Shown: piece by piece, positions 1-14,000 of the stretch | Layout: each line of letters starts with the position of its first letter | Position numbering within the stretch: the stretch's first letter is position 1 | From: Ginglymostoma cirratum | Lineage: Eukaryota | Reading direction: 5' to 3' | Assembly (NCBI GenBank): GCA_024137785.1 | Contig: JAHRHZ010000084.1 | Span: 6,969,573 to 7,033,572, forward strand | DNA length: 64,000 nt | Made by a program: the position numbers and the translations under genes | The notes under the pieces: generated by a model | Seen by the model: the letters and a program-made list of their open reading frames with translations, nothing else | What the model was told of the DNA's origin: nothing | Databases searched by the model: none

Positions 1-1460
1 CTTGTAGCCCTGTCAAGCCTGTCCGATCCTGGCTTCCTCAACCTTAAGTAAGCTTCCTTCTTCCTCTCGACTAGGTGTTCAACATGTCTAGTCATCAATG
101 GTTCCTTCACCTTATCATCCCTTCCTTGCCTCAGTGAGACAAACGTACCCAGTAGTCGTAGCAACTGCTCCCTAAACAATCTCCACATTTCCATCGTGCA
201 TTTCGCTGAGAACATCTCTTCCCCATTTATGCTCCGTATTTCTTGCCTAACAGCATTGTAATTCTCCCTCCCTCAATTAAGTATTTTCCCATACCTTCTG
301 CACCTATCCCTCTCCATGACTATAGTGAATGTCAGGGAGCTATGATCACGATAACTGAAATGCTCTCCACCGAGAGATCTGACACCTAGCCTGGTTCGTT
401 GCCAAGCACCTAATTCAATATGGCCTCCCCTCTGGTCGACCTATCTACGTATTGAGTCAGAAGTCCTTCCTGGACACACCTGACAAAATTTGCTCCATCC
501 CAACTATTTGCACTTAGTAGGTTCCAGTCGATATCAGGGAAGTTGAAATCACCCATGACAACAACACTGTTGCTTCTGTAACTTTCCACAATCTGCCTCC
601 CAACCTGTTCCCCAGAGTCTCTGTTGCTATTGAGGGGTCTGTAGAAAACTACCAATAATGTGACTGCTCGTTTCCTGTTTCTGACTTGCACCCATACTCA
701 CTCAGTAGGCAAACCCTCCTCGATGACCTCCCTTCTGCAGCTGTGGTACCACCCCTGATCAGCAATACCACTACCCCACCTCTTTTACCCCCATCCCTAT
801 TTATTTTTACACGTCTAAACACTGGAATATACAACAACCATTTTTGTCCCTGTGTTATCCAAGTCTCAGTAATGGCCACCACATCATAGTTCCAAGTACT
901 ATTCCATGCTTTAAGTTAGTCACCTTATTCCTGACACTTCTGGCATTAAAATAGACACACTTCAACCCGTTGTACTGACTGGAATTTTGGTCTATCAACT
1001 GTTTGTCCTCCCTCACAGTCTCTCTGCATACTCTATCTGCCTGTACACCAGCTATCCCATCCTCTGAACCGTAGCTCCTGTTCCCATCACCCTGCCAAAT
1101 TAGGTTAAACCCTCTCCGAGAGCTCTAGCAAACCTCCCGCCCAGGATATTGGTGCTCCTCCAATTCAGGAACAACCCATCCTTCCTGTACAGGTCCCACC
1201 TCCCCCAGAAGGTATCCCAATGATCCACATATCTGAAGCCTTCCCACCTACACCAGCTCTGTAGTCACGTGTTCATCTGAACTCGCATTCTATTTCTGGC
1301 CTCACTAGCCCGTGGCACCTCAAGGCAATCTATGCTTATGTGTCCGTGGCACCGGTGCCAATCCTGAGATTACTACTCTGCTCTTCCTGACTTTTAGCTT
1401 CCATCCTAACTCCCTATATTCGCTTTTCAGTGCCCCATTCCTTTTCCTGGCTATGTCACT
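1..1460 (-). mobile_element. CR1-type LINE fragment (end of ORF1 plus APE endonuclease of ORF2), frameshifted
   Basis: Minus ORFs 649-882 (AITETW...RGGVVVLLI) and 410-691 (VVFYRP...VVMGDFNFPDIDW...TQYVDRSTRGEAIL) carry the classic CR1 apurinic endonuclease motifs. Confidence 0.88.
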
Positions 1461-3704
1461 CTTCTAACAATCAATCACGTGTCTTTTGTGAGTAATCTTA
1501 CAAAGCTTGGGATTGTTTTGCCTGTTGCATTATTGACTTCTGGAAAAGATTATGCTTTTAATTCGGATGCTACCATCTATGAGCTAGCCCTCAAATCCCC
1601 CGAGCACATCATTGACCTAATTTAGCTCGCAATGTATTTCTTCCTTTTCCTTACGACTATCTATGCTCATTCCAAATGTCCATACAATTAATAGGTTCGA
1701 GCGTCAGAAATGCCTGAAAATAAGTGTTTTGGATTTGTCATCAGAGGAAAGAAAATTTACGGGCTTCTAGCAACAACATGTGGACTATGTATTGTAGCAA
1801 ATTGGAAAAAAAAACCCTACAGAATTGAACACATTTATTTTAGCGATGATGCCCTGTTTTAACATTGGCTGCCTCATTGGCTGAAGGATATCCAAAGATT
1901 ATCATAATAAGTTATGAATTATATAAGATGTATGTAATATGAATTACAAGGTTGGAACTTTATGCAGCTACTTACTGATCGTTAGGCCATCAACCATTCC
2001 AGCTTTAAAAATAAATCTAACTTAAGTGGTTTGAAGGCTTTGGGATTTAACAAGCAGTTAATGAATTTGAGGGTGCATTAATTAGTGGCATGCTCCAACT
2101 GCTGCGCTATGTCTGTCAAATGTGATTTCTCTTTCACAATTTACGTTGGCTTCTTCTAAGTAGATAATTGTAAATTTGTCATATTTAAAATATATGCCTG
2201 CGTTTTTCAAATCAAGAATGAAAGTCTAACATTGAATAGCTCCTGTTTTCTCTCTTCTTATGTACTAGGGTGACATTTCCTTCTTTCTAATCTTTTTAAG
2301 CCATTATAAAACATGTAAAAATTTGAAGTCGATCAACAATGCACTATCTCCTAAGGTATCGCTCACAATGTTAGGATTTACAGAATATGCGGGTTTGGGA
2401 AATTATCAATCTTCCGTGCCAATAGTTTTCGCAAAACAACCTCTTTAAACAAGTAATTGCTTTCTTTTTTTTTACTCCTAGCCTTTGGATATCTAATTCA
2501 TTTATGGCAGCCTTATTTTTGTTAGTTCATACCCATACCCTTTTCTCCCTTTCTTCATTAGTCTATTGGTGCTTTTTCTGTTCCAAAATACTCCAAAATC
2601 TCATGTTCATTAGTATTCCAAAATGCCACTGCCATTTTATTTTAATCTTCTGAAATAATTAACTTTATTTGAAAGCAATAGATGGCGAAATTTCATCGAT
2701 TTTTGTTCCTTGAAACAATGTATTTTTGTGGAGCATATGATCATTCGTTAAATACTATACATTGCCCATGAACCATCACTCATTTTAATGTATTGTGCCA
2801 TCCTCTTCTGTCAAATTGACCCCCAAGCCTTCATGATTTCCTTTGTTCAAGTTTAATATCCTGGCTTCAAATTGAACTGACTAACATTCAAATGTTATGT
2901 AGTATTCCATAATATTATGTTCATTCATTCCCAAACATTCATCCACAACACAATTGTTGATTAGCCATTTTTCCTTTCACAATGCTAAATTTAAAAAACC
3001 AATTCTCCTGACAGTTGCTCAACACCCTTCCCCACATGCCAGTCTTACAAACTTTGGAAATTCGTTCTCTACAGCATCAGTGCTAATTAGGTATACCTGG
3101 CAAATTCACAGGTTGATGACTCCTATGATTTCGCATTTAGGATTAAGGCTACTGCTTATCGCCAGTGAAACTGACTATAACGGATGCAATGTTCTTCATT
3201 AACGACACTTTATAGTTTTTCTTCTCTATTTAAGTTGTCTACTTTCCGTTAATATTCTGCATAACATTGAGAATGTATCCTAAGGATTTGCATACAATCT
3301 ATATTTTTCTTCTTACAACGGCGAATCAGGTGGTCCTCTAAAATGGGATATAAACGTCCACACCTTCAGAACACTTCACACAACTGCACACTCTTTTACA
3401 GATTATTCAGATCTTGTGCCGTCCATTGCAAGAATGAATTTGCTTTCATATTAAGTCTGGAAAGATAAATTTAGATTATTTATAACTGTTGAGAATAAGA
3501 AGCATGATGATCTAAAAAAACTGCATCAACATCTTTTTTTCCATAATAACATGAAATAAATCAGAACTCAGCACTGGGCACATCATCTTGTGGAGGCTGA
3601 TGGTGAGTATCACTACCTTTGAATTTTGGATGTTCTGTGGGTGGATTGGCATTTCTGGCATTCAAGACGATTAATGGAATTAAATTCAGTCTGAGGAATT
3701 TGGA

Positions 3705-4890
3705 AGATGCAAAGAACTGCAAATTCTGGAAGTCAGAGTCAATATAACGTAGAGTGGAGGAACATATGGGTCAGGCTGTATCAATGGAGTAGGAAAGTCG
3801 ACGATTCATGAGAAGTTTGACCACGTCATCAACTTCACCAACACCTTTTGCCCTGAACTCAAATTTACCTGGACATTCTCTGAATTGTCCTTCTCCTTCC
3901 TGGACCTCTCAGTCTCCATATCCGGCAAACGACTCAGCACTGAAATCGATTTCAAACCCACAGAATCCCATAGCTATCTTGATTACACCTCCTCTCACCC
4001 ATCGTCCTGCAAAAATGTGATCCCATACTTCCAAATCGGGTGCCTCTACTGCATCTGCTCATGAGATGAAATGTTCCACTCCCAGACATCCCAGATGTCC
4101 TCCTACATCAAGGACAATAACTTACCCTCTCCTGTGATTCGTTATGCCCTCACAACAGCTCTAGCATTTTCCGCACTTCTTCCCTTATACATCTTCTCCC
4201 CAACAACAAGGATAGAGTCCGCCTGGTCCTCATAAACCACCCCACCAACCTCTGAATCCAACGCATCATCCTTCATCACATTTGCCACCTGCAATCAGAC
4301 CCCATCACCAACGACCCCATCACCAGACTCCATCCCTCCTAACCCATCTGCTTTCTGTAGGGATCACCATCTCCACGAATTCCTTTTCGACTCCACATTC
4401 CCCACCAACCACACCTCATTCGGCACCATTCCCTACTACCATAGCAAGAGCTACACCTGCCCCTACAGCTTCCGTCTCACGTCCGTCCAAGCCCCAAACC
4501 AATCATTCCATATCTGACAGGGATTCACCTGCAAGTGTTCTAACCTGATTTATTGCATCCATTGTTCCTGATGTGGTCTCCCCGACATGAGAGATACCAA
4601 GCACTGAATCGATAACTTATTCATGGAGATTCAGCGCTCTGTGCGCTCCAAACAATTCCACCTTCCCGTTGTCAGCCATTTCAATTCCCCTCCAACTCCC
4701 TTGGCGACTTGTCCATCTTGGGCCTCCTCCAATGTCGCAAACGAGGCCACATGAAAATTAAACCACCTTATAGCACCTTATATTGCGCCATTGGAGATTA
4801 CAATACAATGGCCTCAACATAGAGTTCAGTAGCTACAAAATCTGGCCACCCCTTGACTCAACCCATGTCCAACCCTCCCTAATCACCTTC
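3705..4890 (+). mobile_element. Decayed Penelope-like element (RT thumb/linker plus GIY-YIG region)
   Basis: Collinear with, and similar to, the better preserved copy at 30684-31807 (e.g. ccaccccaccaacctc, aacgcatcatcc, ccatttcaattcccc, gggcctcctcc). Many stops and frameshifts. Confidence 0.8.
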
Positions 4891-5750
4891 CAGTGGTAAT
4901 TAATTCCACAGGCTCAGCACTCTTTGGGTGAAGAAATGTCAGTTCATCTCCATCCTACTTCATTTACCCCAAATCCTCAGAAGTGTCCCCTGGTTCTGGA
5001 CACACCCAACATGGGTAACATCCTCCCTGCATCTACCCTGCCCAGCCCTGTCAGAATTGTATCCATCTCTATGAGTACTCCCCCAACCTCATTCATCTGA
5101 ACTGCAGAGAAAACAATCCCAAACTAGTCAATCCCTCCTCATACATCAGACCTACCATTTTCAGAATCAGCCTTGATAAGGTTTTTATTTTCCTAACATT
5201 CTGCCATTACTTCCTTCGTAATTGCTTCCTCTATCTTCCAACAATAGATGTTAAGGCAATCGACCTGTAGTTACCCAGGTTTTGCACATTTTTTAAAAAT
5301 AGGTACATTGGCAATACCCCAGTTCCTTTGGTACTTCTCCAGAAAAGTCCAAGCACTCTCTTTATACCTACTTCTTTTAGAATACTCAGATGGATGCCTT
5401 AGTGGCGAGAGAACAAAATTACTTTCAGTGCCATTGGTTTGTCTAATACTATTTACTTACTGATGGTGATTCTAATTAATTCATTCCCCGTATTCTTTAG
5501 CATTAATGGGATATTCAAAGTACATTCCACTGCAAAGACCTGTACGAAATATTTATTTAACTGCTCTGTCATTTCCTTGCTGCCTATAACTCTCTCTCCG
5601 ATCTCTTTCCCATGTGGATGATGTTCGCTTTGACCTTTCTCTTCATTTTTATATGTGTAAAGAAGCTTTTATAGTCAGTTTTTATATTCCTCATTACATT
5701 GACCTTGAGTTAATTTTTCTCTATATTATCTCTCTGGTCTACCTTTGCTG
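4890..5750 (-). mobile_element. CR1 LINE fragments (3' RT region), decayed
   Basis: Resembles the antisense CR1 RT sequence seen elsewhere in the window (ttccacaggctcagcactctttgggtgaagaaa; ctccctgcatctaccctg). Confidence 0.6.
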
Positions 5751-7411
5751 GATTCTGACATTATGTGATAGAGGAGAAAGGGGATGTTCCAAAACTTTTT
5801 TTTTTTTTGACAGACAGCCTCTGAAAGTCTTTTACAGCACTTCCCAATTGGCTGAGTCAAAATCCTTGGTCATATTAATGAAAAGTCTGTCGAGTGGCTG
5901 GTGTTGTTCCTAGCATATCTATTTTTGAGTTGGTCAGCAGTGTCAATCATAGAAAACTAATCATTGGGAAGTGATATTTCTCAGCATATCAAGAAAATGT
6001 GTTGATATGAAGTGATTTCTCTTCTCTATGATATTTTAATTGTTTACCCCGCCTTTCTACCTATGGTTTTCTCCAATTTAATTTCAGCCAGTAATATTTT
6101 TCTAGCATATTTAATCAAAACGATTTGCTAAGAATGAGTGCAAAGACCTCCTCATTATTACATGCTTCAGACACAATGTTGATGTAAATTCAGATCATAT
6201 GAATATTTTCCTGATAATAAATTTGTTTAACGAGAAAGGGCGATGGCCAAGTTTGTTGAACATTCAAACTGCCTTTTCAACCCGTTCAAGTTTTTGGCCA
6301 AAAGGCCCCTCGAGATTGCTCCGTCATTCAGTAAGACAACACTAAATTGTGTCACCAGTTTACTTTACATTCTTGCCTACCCCCATAGCCTTTCAGAGAT
6401 AGCTTATCAAGAATTGTCCTCATCTGCCTTAAATATCGTCAAATAATTTGCTTCTATTGCGTTGAGAGGAATAAAGTTCAAAGATTCATTGTGCTCCGAA
6501 AGAAGAACGAATGTTTTCATCTCTGCAATAACAGGGCAACCCCTTAATTTTTGACAGTGACCCCTTGTTCAAAACAGGAAACCTCCCTTCCTATTCATAG
6601 TGTCAAGATCTGTCAGATCTTGTATTTCAATCGTGTTGCCTCCAATGTATAGTAGATAGAAGCCAAAACAAACAAAAAAAACTGTAGACACTGGAAATCA
6701 GAAACAAAATTTAAAGCATGCTGGAAAAACTCAGCAAATGAGGCAGCTTCTGTGGACAGAGAGCAGAGGTAATATTTCCGGTTCAATTAACACTTTTTCA
6801 GAACTTCACTAGACATTGTCATTATTGTTATCAAGTGTTGTTTTATATATCTATTAATAATAATAACTACCTCCTGATTTATCTTATTTCTGTTTTTATC
6901 CCAACGCTGAATATGCCGTTTCTGAATGTAAATCAATTAAAATATAAGATGAATTTGATATGGTTCTTGATGCATTGCTCGCCTCTGTCTGCCAAAACAA
7001 TCTCCTGTAAAATGGATCAAGTTTCCCTGGAAAGATCAGCTGATGTGTAAAATTATTTTATCATGAACGAAGTATCAAGAAACAATTTTCAAACAGGCGG
7101 ACAATCTGAATTTACATTGAGGTAACACTAGGTAGTATGACAAGGGCCTGACCAATATGATGCCTGCGTCTTTATTTTGCTCGTTACACCTGGACATTGG
7201 CAGTACAGTCAAAGGTGTGCAGACCCATGTATAGTTTATGGGTTAAGTACAAATTAGAACCGAAAACAGGCTTTTATGCCATCTTCAAACATCCAGTACT
7301 AATCAGTGAAATTACTATGATGGCTTTATTTTCACAGCATGCAGCTCATATGGATTATCTACTTTGGTAATTGACGTAACTTATTATTTGATTTTATATT
7401 TGCCTTGCGTA

Positions 7412-7436
7412 CTCTCTCTCTCTCTCTCGCTCTCTC
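7412..7436. repeat. (CT)n microsatellite
   Basis: ctctctctctctctctcgctctctc. Confidence 0.9.
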
Positions 7437-7494
7437 GGTCTGTCCCTCTAAATTTCTCTTTATTTAGAAAACATATAACTTTTTTTTGTAATAG

Positions 7495-7797
7495 CAGTCG
7501 ATGCTCTGGTTGAAGTTACCCAGACCCTTGAACATTACATTAAATTACTGGTGCAAGCATTGCATTCAACTGCACAATTTATGTATTTTCAAGACGAGAG
7601 GGATGTGGACAATTGTTAGTGGGAACTTGGGAAAAACGGAATTATGCAGCCAAATCAGATAACAGGATAAGATTTTTCATTGAAAAGTGAACAACCTCCA
7701 TCCAACCTTTGAATGTCAATATCCAGGAGTCTGGGGTCTGTCATTGAGGAGTGACTTGACTGGGAAGAAAGAACAGGGTCGCAGATTTAAGTGAATC
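7495..7797 (+). pseudogene. Decayed Ig V-domain exon, paralog of gene A V exon
   Basis: After acceptor ttttttttgtaatag|CAG, translation across frameshifts gives VDALVEVTQTLEHYIK / ITGASIAFNCTI / FQDERDVDNC*WELGK / SDNRIRFFIEK*TTSIQPLNVNIQESGVCH*GVT / ERTGSQI*VN. This aligns with gene A V (VTEMP..GGNVTWAC..FQDVTCVTVRWWKQGK..DGRKRF..STFQLLNITFQDSGVYHC..GTGSKLIVH). Multiple stops, frameshifts and no GT donor. Confidence 0.8.
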
Positions 7798-8084
7798 AAC
7801 GCTTGTCTTCCGTGGTAGGAGAATTGTAAAGAGCGTAGCCAGTACAGCCTCACACGCATTCCACTGAACACAAGCAGAGCATTTAACCCCTCTCACCACG
7901 ACTTGTACCCGTGTACCAAGGAGCAGAACTGACTTTACTCGCACAAGTCCTTGAGCTGTGAATTTATCTCTCAACTCTAATTTGCACTGTGCCATTGTGC
8001 ACGTAGCTCAGGTGACGTGCTGAGGTCGTGACGTTGTTGTAGATTCTACCTGTCAATTCTGATCCTAAGTTGCACATTCACTAT

Positions 8085-11000
8085 TGTTTTGGACTAGACT
8101 AGAGCCAACCCCATCCGCACCAACCAGTGAGGTATATTCTGAACATAGCCCGGACTCTTAAGTTTTATATATATTTTCTAAAAGCGCATATAAGGAGCCG
8201 TGTTGTACATACGATTCGATTGGGCTATCACTAAGATTTAATCAAAACATATTTCACGCTTACAACACAGTTAAACTATGACACAAAAAAGAAGAATTGG
8301 CATAACTTTAATCTGTTCAAATATTTTACAAGATAATGTATTATTTGAATACAAATCATCAAACGGATCCAATATAGATACCTCCCATAAATGCACCCTT
8401 GGTATTGGGCGAACAATTGAAGAAATTGGTAGGGAAGAAGACACCCCTAGACCACCTCAGGAGTTTAATCTTGCTCTTCGAGTACTGTACCCATGATAAC
8501 GATAAAGGGGGATAATACATTGGAGGGGCGGTACACATACCTAGACGTGGGGACAACAGTACTAACTGCTTATAGAAGATCCACAATTTAGGCAAATACC
8601 ATGCTAGGACACTCCCACAACAAAAAATACAAACACAACTCATGTGATTATTACAAATAAAACCAAGAAGGAAACAGACTCGTCAAAGAGTCTTCACTGA
8701 GAGGATCACTCGGCATGCCCAGAGGATATGAGAAGACAAAAGAATAGGCTTAGACTCTTATGACAATTGCACACTGCCTAGTTTGCCAGTTAATAACCAT
8801 TTTTGGAGGTAGTACGCCGTAGTTGGACCAATTTATTATTTCGCTACAGTGGCCAGTTATTATTAAAGATTAAAGTAGTGTCCTCTACTGAGACATAATA
8901 ATATAAGAAGCAATATGACTGGGGATTTCATTGTTAAGGAGCAAACCTTACCGATGTGAAAAGTAAAAAAAACAACTCCGTGCTTAAGGAAAATCTCGAA
9001 GTCTAGTATATAGACACAGAGACCAAGTGATATTACTGTATGTCGCCTCTAAACTGTCATCTATTCTCCACCTGTCAGTAGATAGGGTTCGCATCATCAA
9101 GGAAACTAAAAAAAAAAGCCACAAGTGGTTTGAACGCTCATAGAAAACTAAGGTCCACGTGGATCATGCAGATGAGAATCTGAGAGATCCTAGTTGGTGG
9201 GATTTAGTGTTGGTGGGGCTTGATCACCCAAATCCATCACAGGATGTGGATTATATCTCATGTCATGGCAGTGGTCCAACTTGTGGTATTATTTGTATGG
9301 ATCTTACTGGTGTGCATTGGTGAAAGGCAGTTCAAGAAGTGGAAGAGCAGATGACAGAGCTTGGAAGAAATAGTAAAAGTACCAGATTCGGTGCTTTAAG
9401 ATGGATGCCAACTTGGTGCATAGGCCAAAGACCTTGGGGCGGGCTGTGGGGTGGTGGGCGATGTTGTTGGAGCAGCCCATTGTCACAGATAGAAAAATAT
9501 GGTTGCCCATTGGCATAATTGTAGTGGGGGGTTTTAACTGCAGTAACAGAACTGGCTTGGCCAATCCAGCGTTAAAGTATGATTATAAATTAGCACAATG
9601 ACAGTTTTGAGAACGAGATAAATCAAAGGTAACATAGGTTATTTTGAGAAAATATTCCTACAAATTCATATACTAGGAGTTCTGTACAAATACCTTCAGG
9701 ATACAGTCTGATGAGCAGTGGCTGAGAATAGACAACATAAAGCTTTTGGTTTAGCAAAAATTAACAGCAAGATTATGACCCCACAATAACAGAGACAAGC
9801 AATAAATTCAAAGCAGATTGAGGTTATGTCTTGTAAAACCCGTGGGCGTCATATATGTTCATTGGTCTGTGAAAATGATTGAGTTTCATTCTTATTAATG
9901 GAATAGATGTTGTCTTATTAGGTGGAACATTGCAAGTAGAAAGTTAGGCCAATAAATTTCAACTTAAAAGGTGGCATGTGATGGAATGAGTTATAGTGCA
10001 ATTGCAAAGTATAAGGGCAGTATTTACCCGCACTTCTAATGTCAGGTGCCACAGAAGCAGTTCACTATTGATGGCTAAATAATTCTTGTATTAGTTTTAA
10101 CAATGTAACATTATTTATAATCAACTGTAAATTAGGTTTAATATGATGAACTTTATAACAATTAGTAGGAATAGCATTGTTTGTATCTCCTTGTGATTAG
10201 GACGGTTGGAAATATAAAGTGAGTAACAGAATTTGATTTAAAAAAAGCAATGAATATAATAAATAAGAGTTCAAACAAACTTTAGAGATACACAAGGCCG
10301 GGAAATATCTGAAAATAAGTATAATCGTTAACTTTGGAATGTAATTTATTGGGGTACATTATAGTTTTGAAAACCTAATAGTAAAAAATATCTGTTAAAC
10401 ATCTGGAGGTCATGGGAAACCTAGGGCTGTCCTTCAGAGCGTCCAGGATTGATCAGCAGTTTCACAGGATTGGACGTATAGATTCGGGGGAGGGGTTGCG
10501 GCAGGAACAATGACACCAATGTTGCAAGTAATTATTGCTATGAGGAATGTATAAAAATGCTATGTTCATTTGGGGAAAGTGGAGTGTCATTGACCACTGC
10601 AAAGCGAGCGTGTTTAAGAGGGCAAGTGGTCTCCAGGTGAAAGCCAGATTCAATGCAGTTTCAGGCTTCTCCCAAACGTGTGGTAAAAGAGGTCTGATTA
10701 AAGGTCTATTTTGTTGCTAAGCATAGAACTCGAGACTTCTTTTAGACATCTTTTCCCAACAGTCCAATTAAAATGAAGATATGTCAGTTTCAGAATCATT
10801 TAGATTTAGTTCTTCATTCTGAGTTGCAACAAGTAACACACTTTCCTTTTGTCTTTATTCCCTATCGAAAAAAAAGACATTTCAGCATATTCACATAACG
10901 CAGTTTATGAGTTTTCCTTCTACATGGCGTTCTTATCAAATAATTCACCTCACTTAGGTTCTTGTGGGTTTCATAAGGGCCATTAAATGTTACCGTTAAA

Positions 11001-14000
11001 CCTTGAGATACCACTTGTAGTAATACTAACATTTATCTCTACCAGTGAAACTATGGACTTTTGATCTCTTGTTTGTTTCCTGTTTCATCACATGCAGAGC
11101 TATTTTTAAATGCTGTCTAGTCAACTCACCCCCTTTATTTAATATCTGCCTAAAATTTGACACGTAGCCCAAATGATTATGAGTTAATTCACAAATCAAT
11201 GTTTGACTTCTGACATCAATTTTAATCTGTGAGGACTAGAAATTTGGTCAAAGGGAAATCCTCAAGTCGTAAAGAAAATGGAGATCTCATTGGAGATTGA
11301 TAAGATGGTTTATGACAGGTTATAAGAAAAGTAACCCACGATGGGGAGGAGCAGTAAAAATAACGCAGAAGTTTTCACTGCTATAAAGTAGGACACGTGA
11401 AGTTGCAGCGTTGGTTGTTTGAAAAATAAAACGCACTGTGCAATTGGATATTGTCAAACGGAATAAGGGTTTAGACACTGTAGATTCTGAATCCCAACTC
11501 ACCATTTTTTCTTAATTAATTTAGATGGTTCTCTCATCTCGTGTTCAAAAACAACATCAAATAGACACAATGTAGTTGAATCATTCCGTGCATGGCTACT
11601 TGCAAATGGTAAAAATGGAATTCCTTTATTCCAATCTTCTGAAGATTCTTGACTATAGGCCCTCAACATGGTCTTTAACGTTTTATGCCACCGTTCTAGA
11701 TCTCCCTGAAATTCTGGGTGGTACACAGTTGATTTAAATCATTGTACTCTTCTTAAGCTATTCATAATTTCCTTGAATAACTTTGACATAAGATTTTAGC
11801 CTGGATTATGTTATTTTCTGTGGGTAGTCCGTATCTTGTAAAAAAAATTGAATAACTCATCAATAACATTTAGTGTGATACTGTATAATGGAGGAACCTC
11901 TTGAAATCTTGCAGATATATACATTATACACAAGAAATACTGATTCCAACTTTTCTGTTTTAGTGAGTGTTCCTAAACAATCGATTAAAATTCTTGCAAG
12001 CGATTCCTCGGTTGTTGGAATACATATCATGAGCACTAGTTTTAACACTGATGGAGGTTTTCCTACAATCTGACATGCGTGAATCATCTGAAATAAGTCA
12101 ACCACATCTTAATACAGTCCAAGGCAATAAAAATGTTTTATTTTGTATCTTAGCTTGAGTTTTTCTTACTTCAAAATGGCATCCTTCTAGCGTCTCATGT
12201 ATTATCAACAACACCTTCTTTCAAGAAGCCGTCAGTAATACAATCTGATGAACTTCTTCCCAATTTTCATCCGCCTGAGTAAGTAATGGTCTCCATTTCC
12301 TCAACAAGATTTCATTTTTAAGATGGTTACATTCTGGAATGCACTTAGATTAATCTTCTGTGTATGTTTTACGATCTCCTGTATCAACCTGTGACTTTGC
12401 GAGTTGTTACCACATAGACAGGAAAAAAGTTGTAGTATATACTTCAGTAATGAGTAGTTTGTCTGAATTTCCATTGTCCTTTCAATCTCAAAAGTCATTA
12501 CTCTTATCTGTGATCCAGTTATATCACTACCAACGATAACCAGTATTTCCAAAACAAGGAATTACTCTGTTACTCCAACTGCCACTTAACTGCTTTTCAC
12601 CAGACTCTCAAACCTCACCTTATATTATGGGGAATACATTTCTCACCATAAATTCCACATATTACTACCTTTTCTAGCAATGCACCCTCTCAATAACATA
12701 TTTCCTCATCTCTCACCATCAAAGTTTGACATACTCCTATATATCTCAATTTTTTTGTTGTTGTTGTTCTTGTTTTACCTGCTTCCCTTGGCACACATGA
12801 GTAAACCTTAATCGAACAAAGAAATTCTTTAAAGATATCTGGCACCTCCTTCCAACCATTCCTTGACCAGACTGTGCATTATTTTCTACATGTTTATTTT
12901 CAACTGTGCTGTCATTTGCTAAACCCTTATTCCGTTTGACAATATCCAATTGCACAATGCGTTTTATTTTTCAAACAACCAACGCTGCAACTTCACGTGT
13001 CCTACTTTATAGCAGTGAAAACTTCTGCGTTATTTTTACTGCTCCTCCCCATCGTGGGTTACTTTTCTTATAACCTGTCATAAACCATCTTATCAATCTC
13101 CAATGAGATCTCCATTTTCTTTACGACTTGAGGATTTCCCTTTGACCAAATTTCTAGTCCTCACAGATTAAAATTGATGTCAGAAGTCAAACATTGATTT
13201 GTGAATTAACTCATAATCATTTTTGTTGTTGGTGCAAATCTTTCAATTGTAATTCTCTGCTCTTCCAACTGAGTTCTCACTACTTCGGATTGTGAATTTT
13301 GAACACTTCCAGAAGAACAGTATCTCTAAGGGTACAATTTGTCTGATCAATTTTCAATGCCCTCGCACACCTATGAAATTAAGTTTTGATTGACACTTTT
13401 AAAATTCTATGTGGGTCTGACCAAGTTCTTTCTTTAGAGTGGAAAAATGCTGTCTGTATACTTCTGGCACGAAATCATAAGTACTTTAAATAGCTTTTAT
13501 TCACCTCAGTGTACTCCCTCTATACTGAGTAAGGGTCACCAATCCTGAAACGTGAACTCCATTTTTTCTTCACAGATGATGCCAGACCTGTTGAGCTTTT
13601 TCAGAAACTTCTGTTATTCTTCCCCAGATACTGCCTCTGATAGTGATGCAAACACGTCATTAACTCTCCTAACCAACTTTGTTTCAATCAACAATTCCCA
13701 CGTGGCCATTGGCGTTTCATTTGCTTAGCCACATTCTCAAATGAAATGAAAAAAAAAAGGCTTCTATGCCCTTCGTGTCGAACGTTGATAATGCTTGAGC
13801 ATATTTAAACAGATCCACACCAGGCCATTGGCTACGATGGGTTTTCTCTTCACCACTGTATTCTTCACTGTTCCAACCTTTTACTTTCTCCTCCACCCTA
13901 CTAAGTCTTTTCTTTTCAGTGCCCACTTCCGAAGTTCAAAATCTTTATTTTTGTGGTCTCTTCTGCTTGGATTATTCTTTCTATCTTATTTTCCCTTACC

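Noticed and set aside
7097-7370. Possible second degenerate V exon on plus (IEVTLGSMTRA*...RYTW...KLEPK)
   Set aside because: No D-x-G-x-Y-x-C motif; the similarity could be chance.
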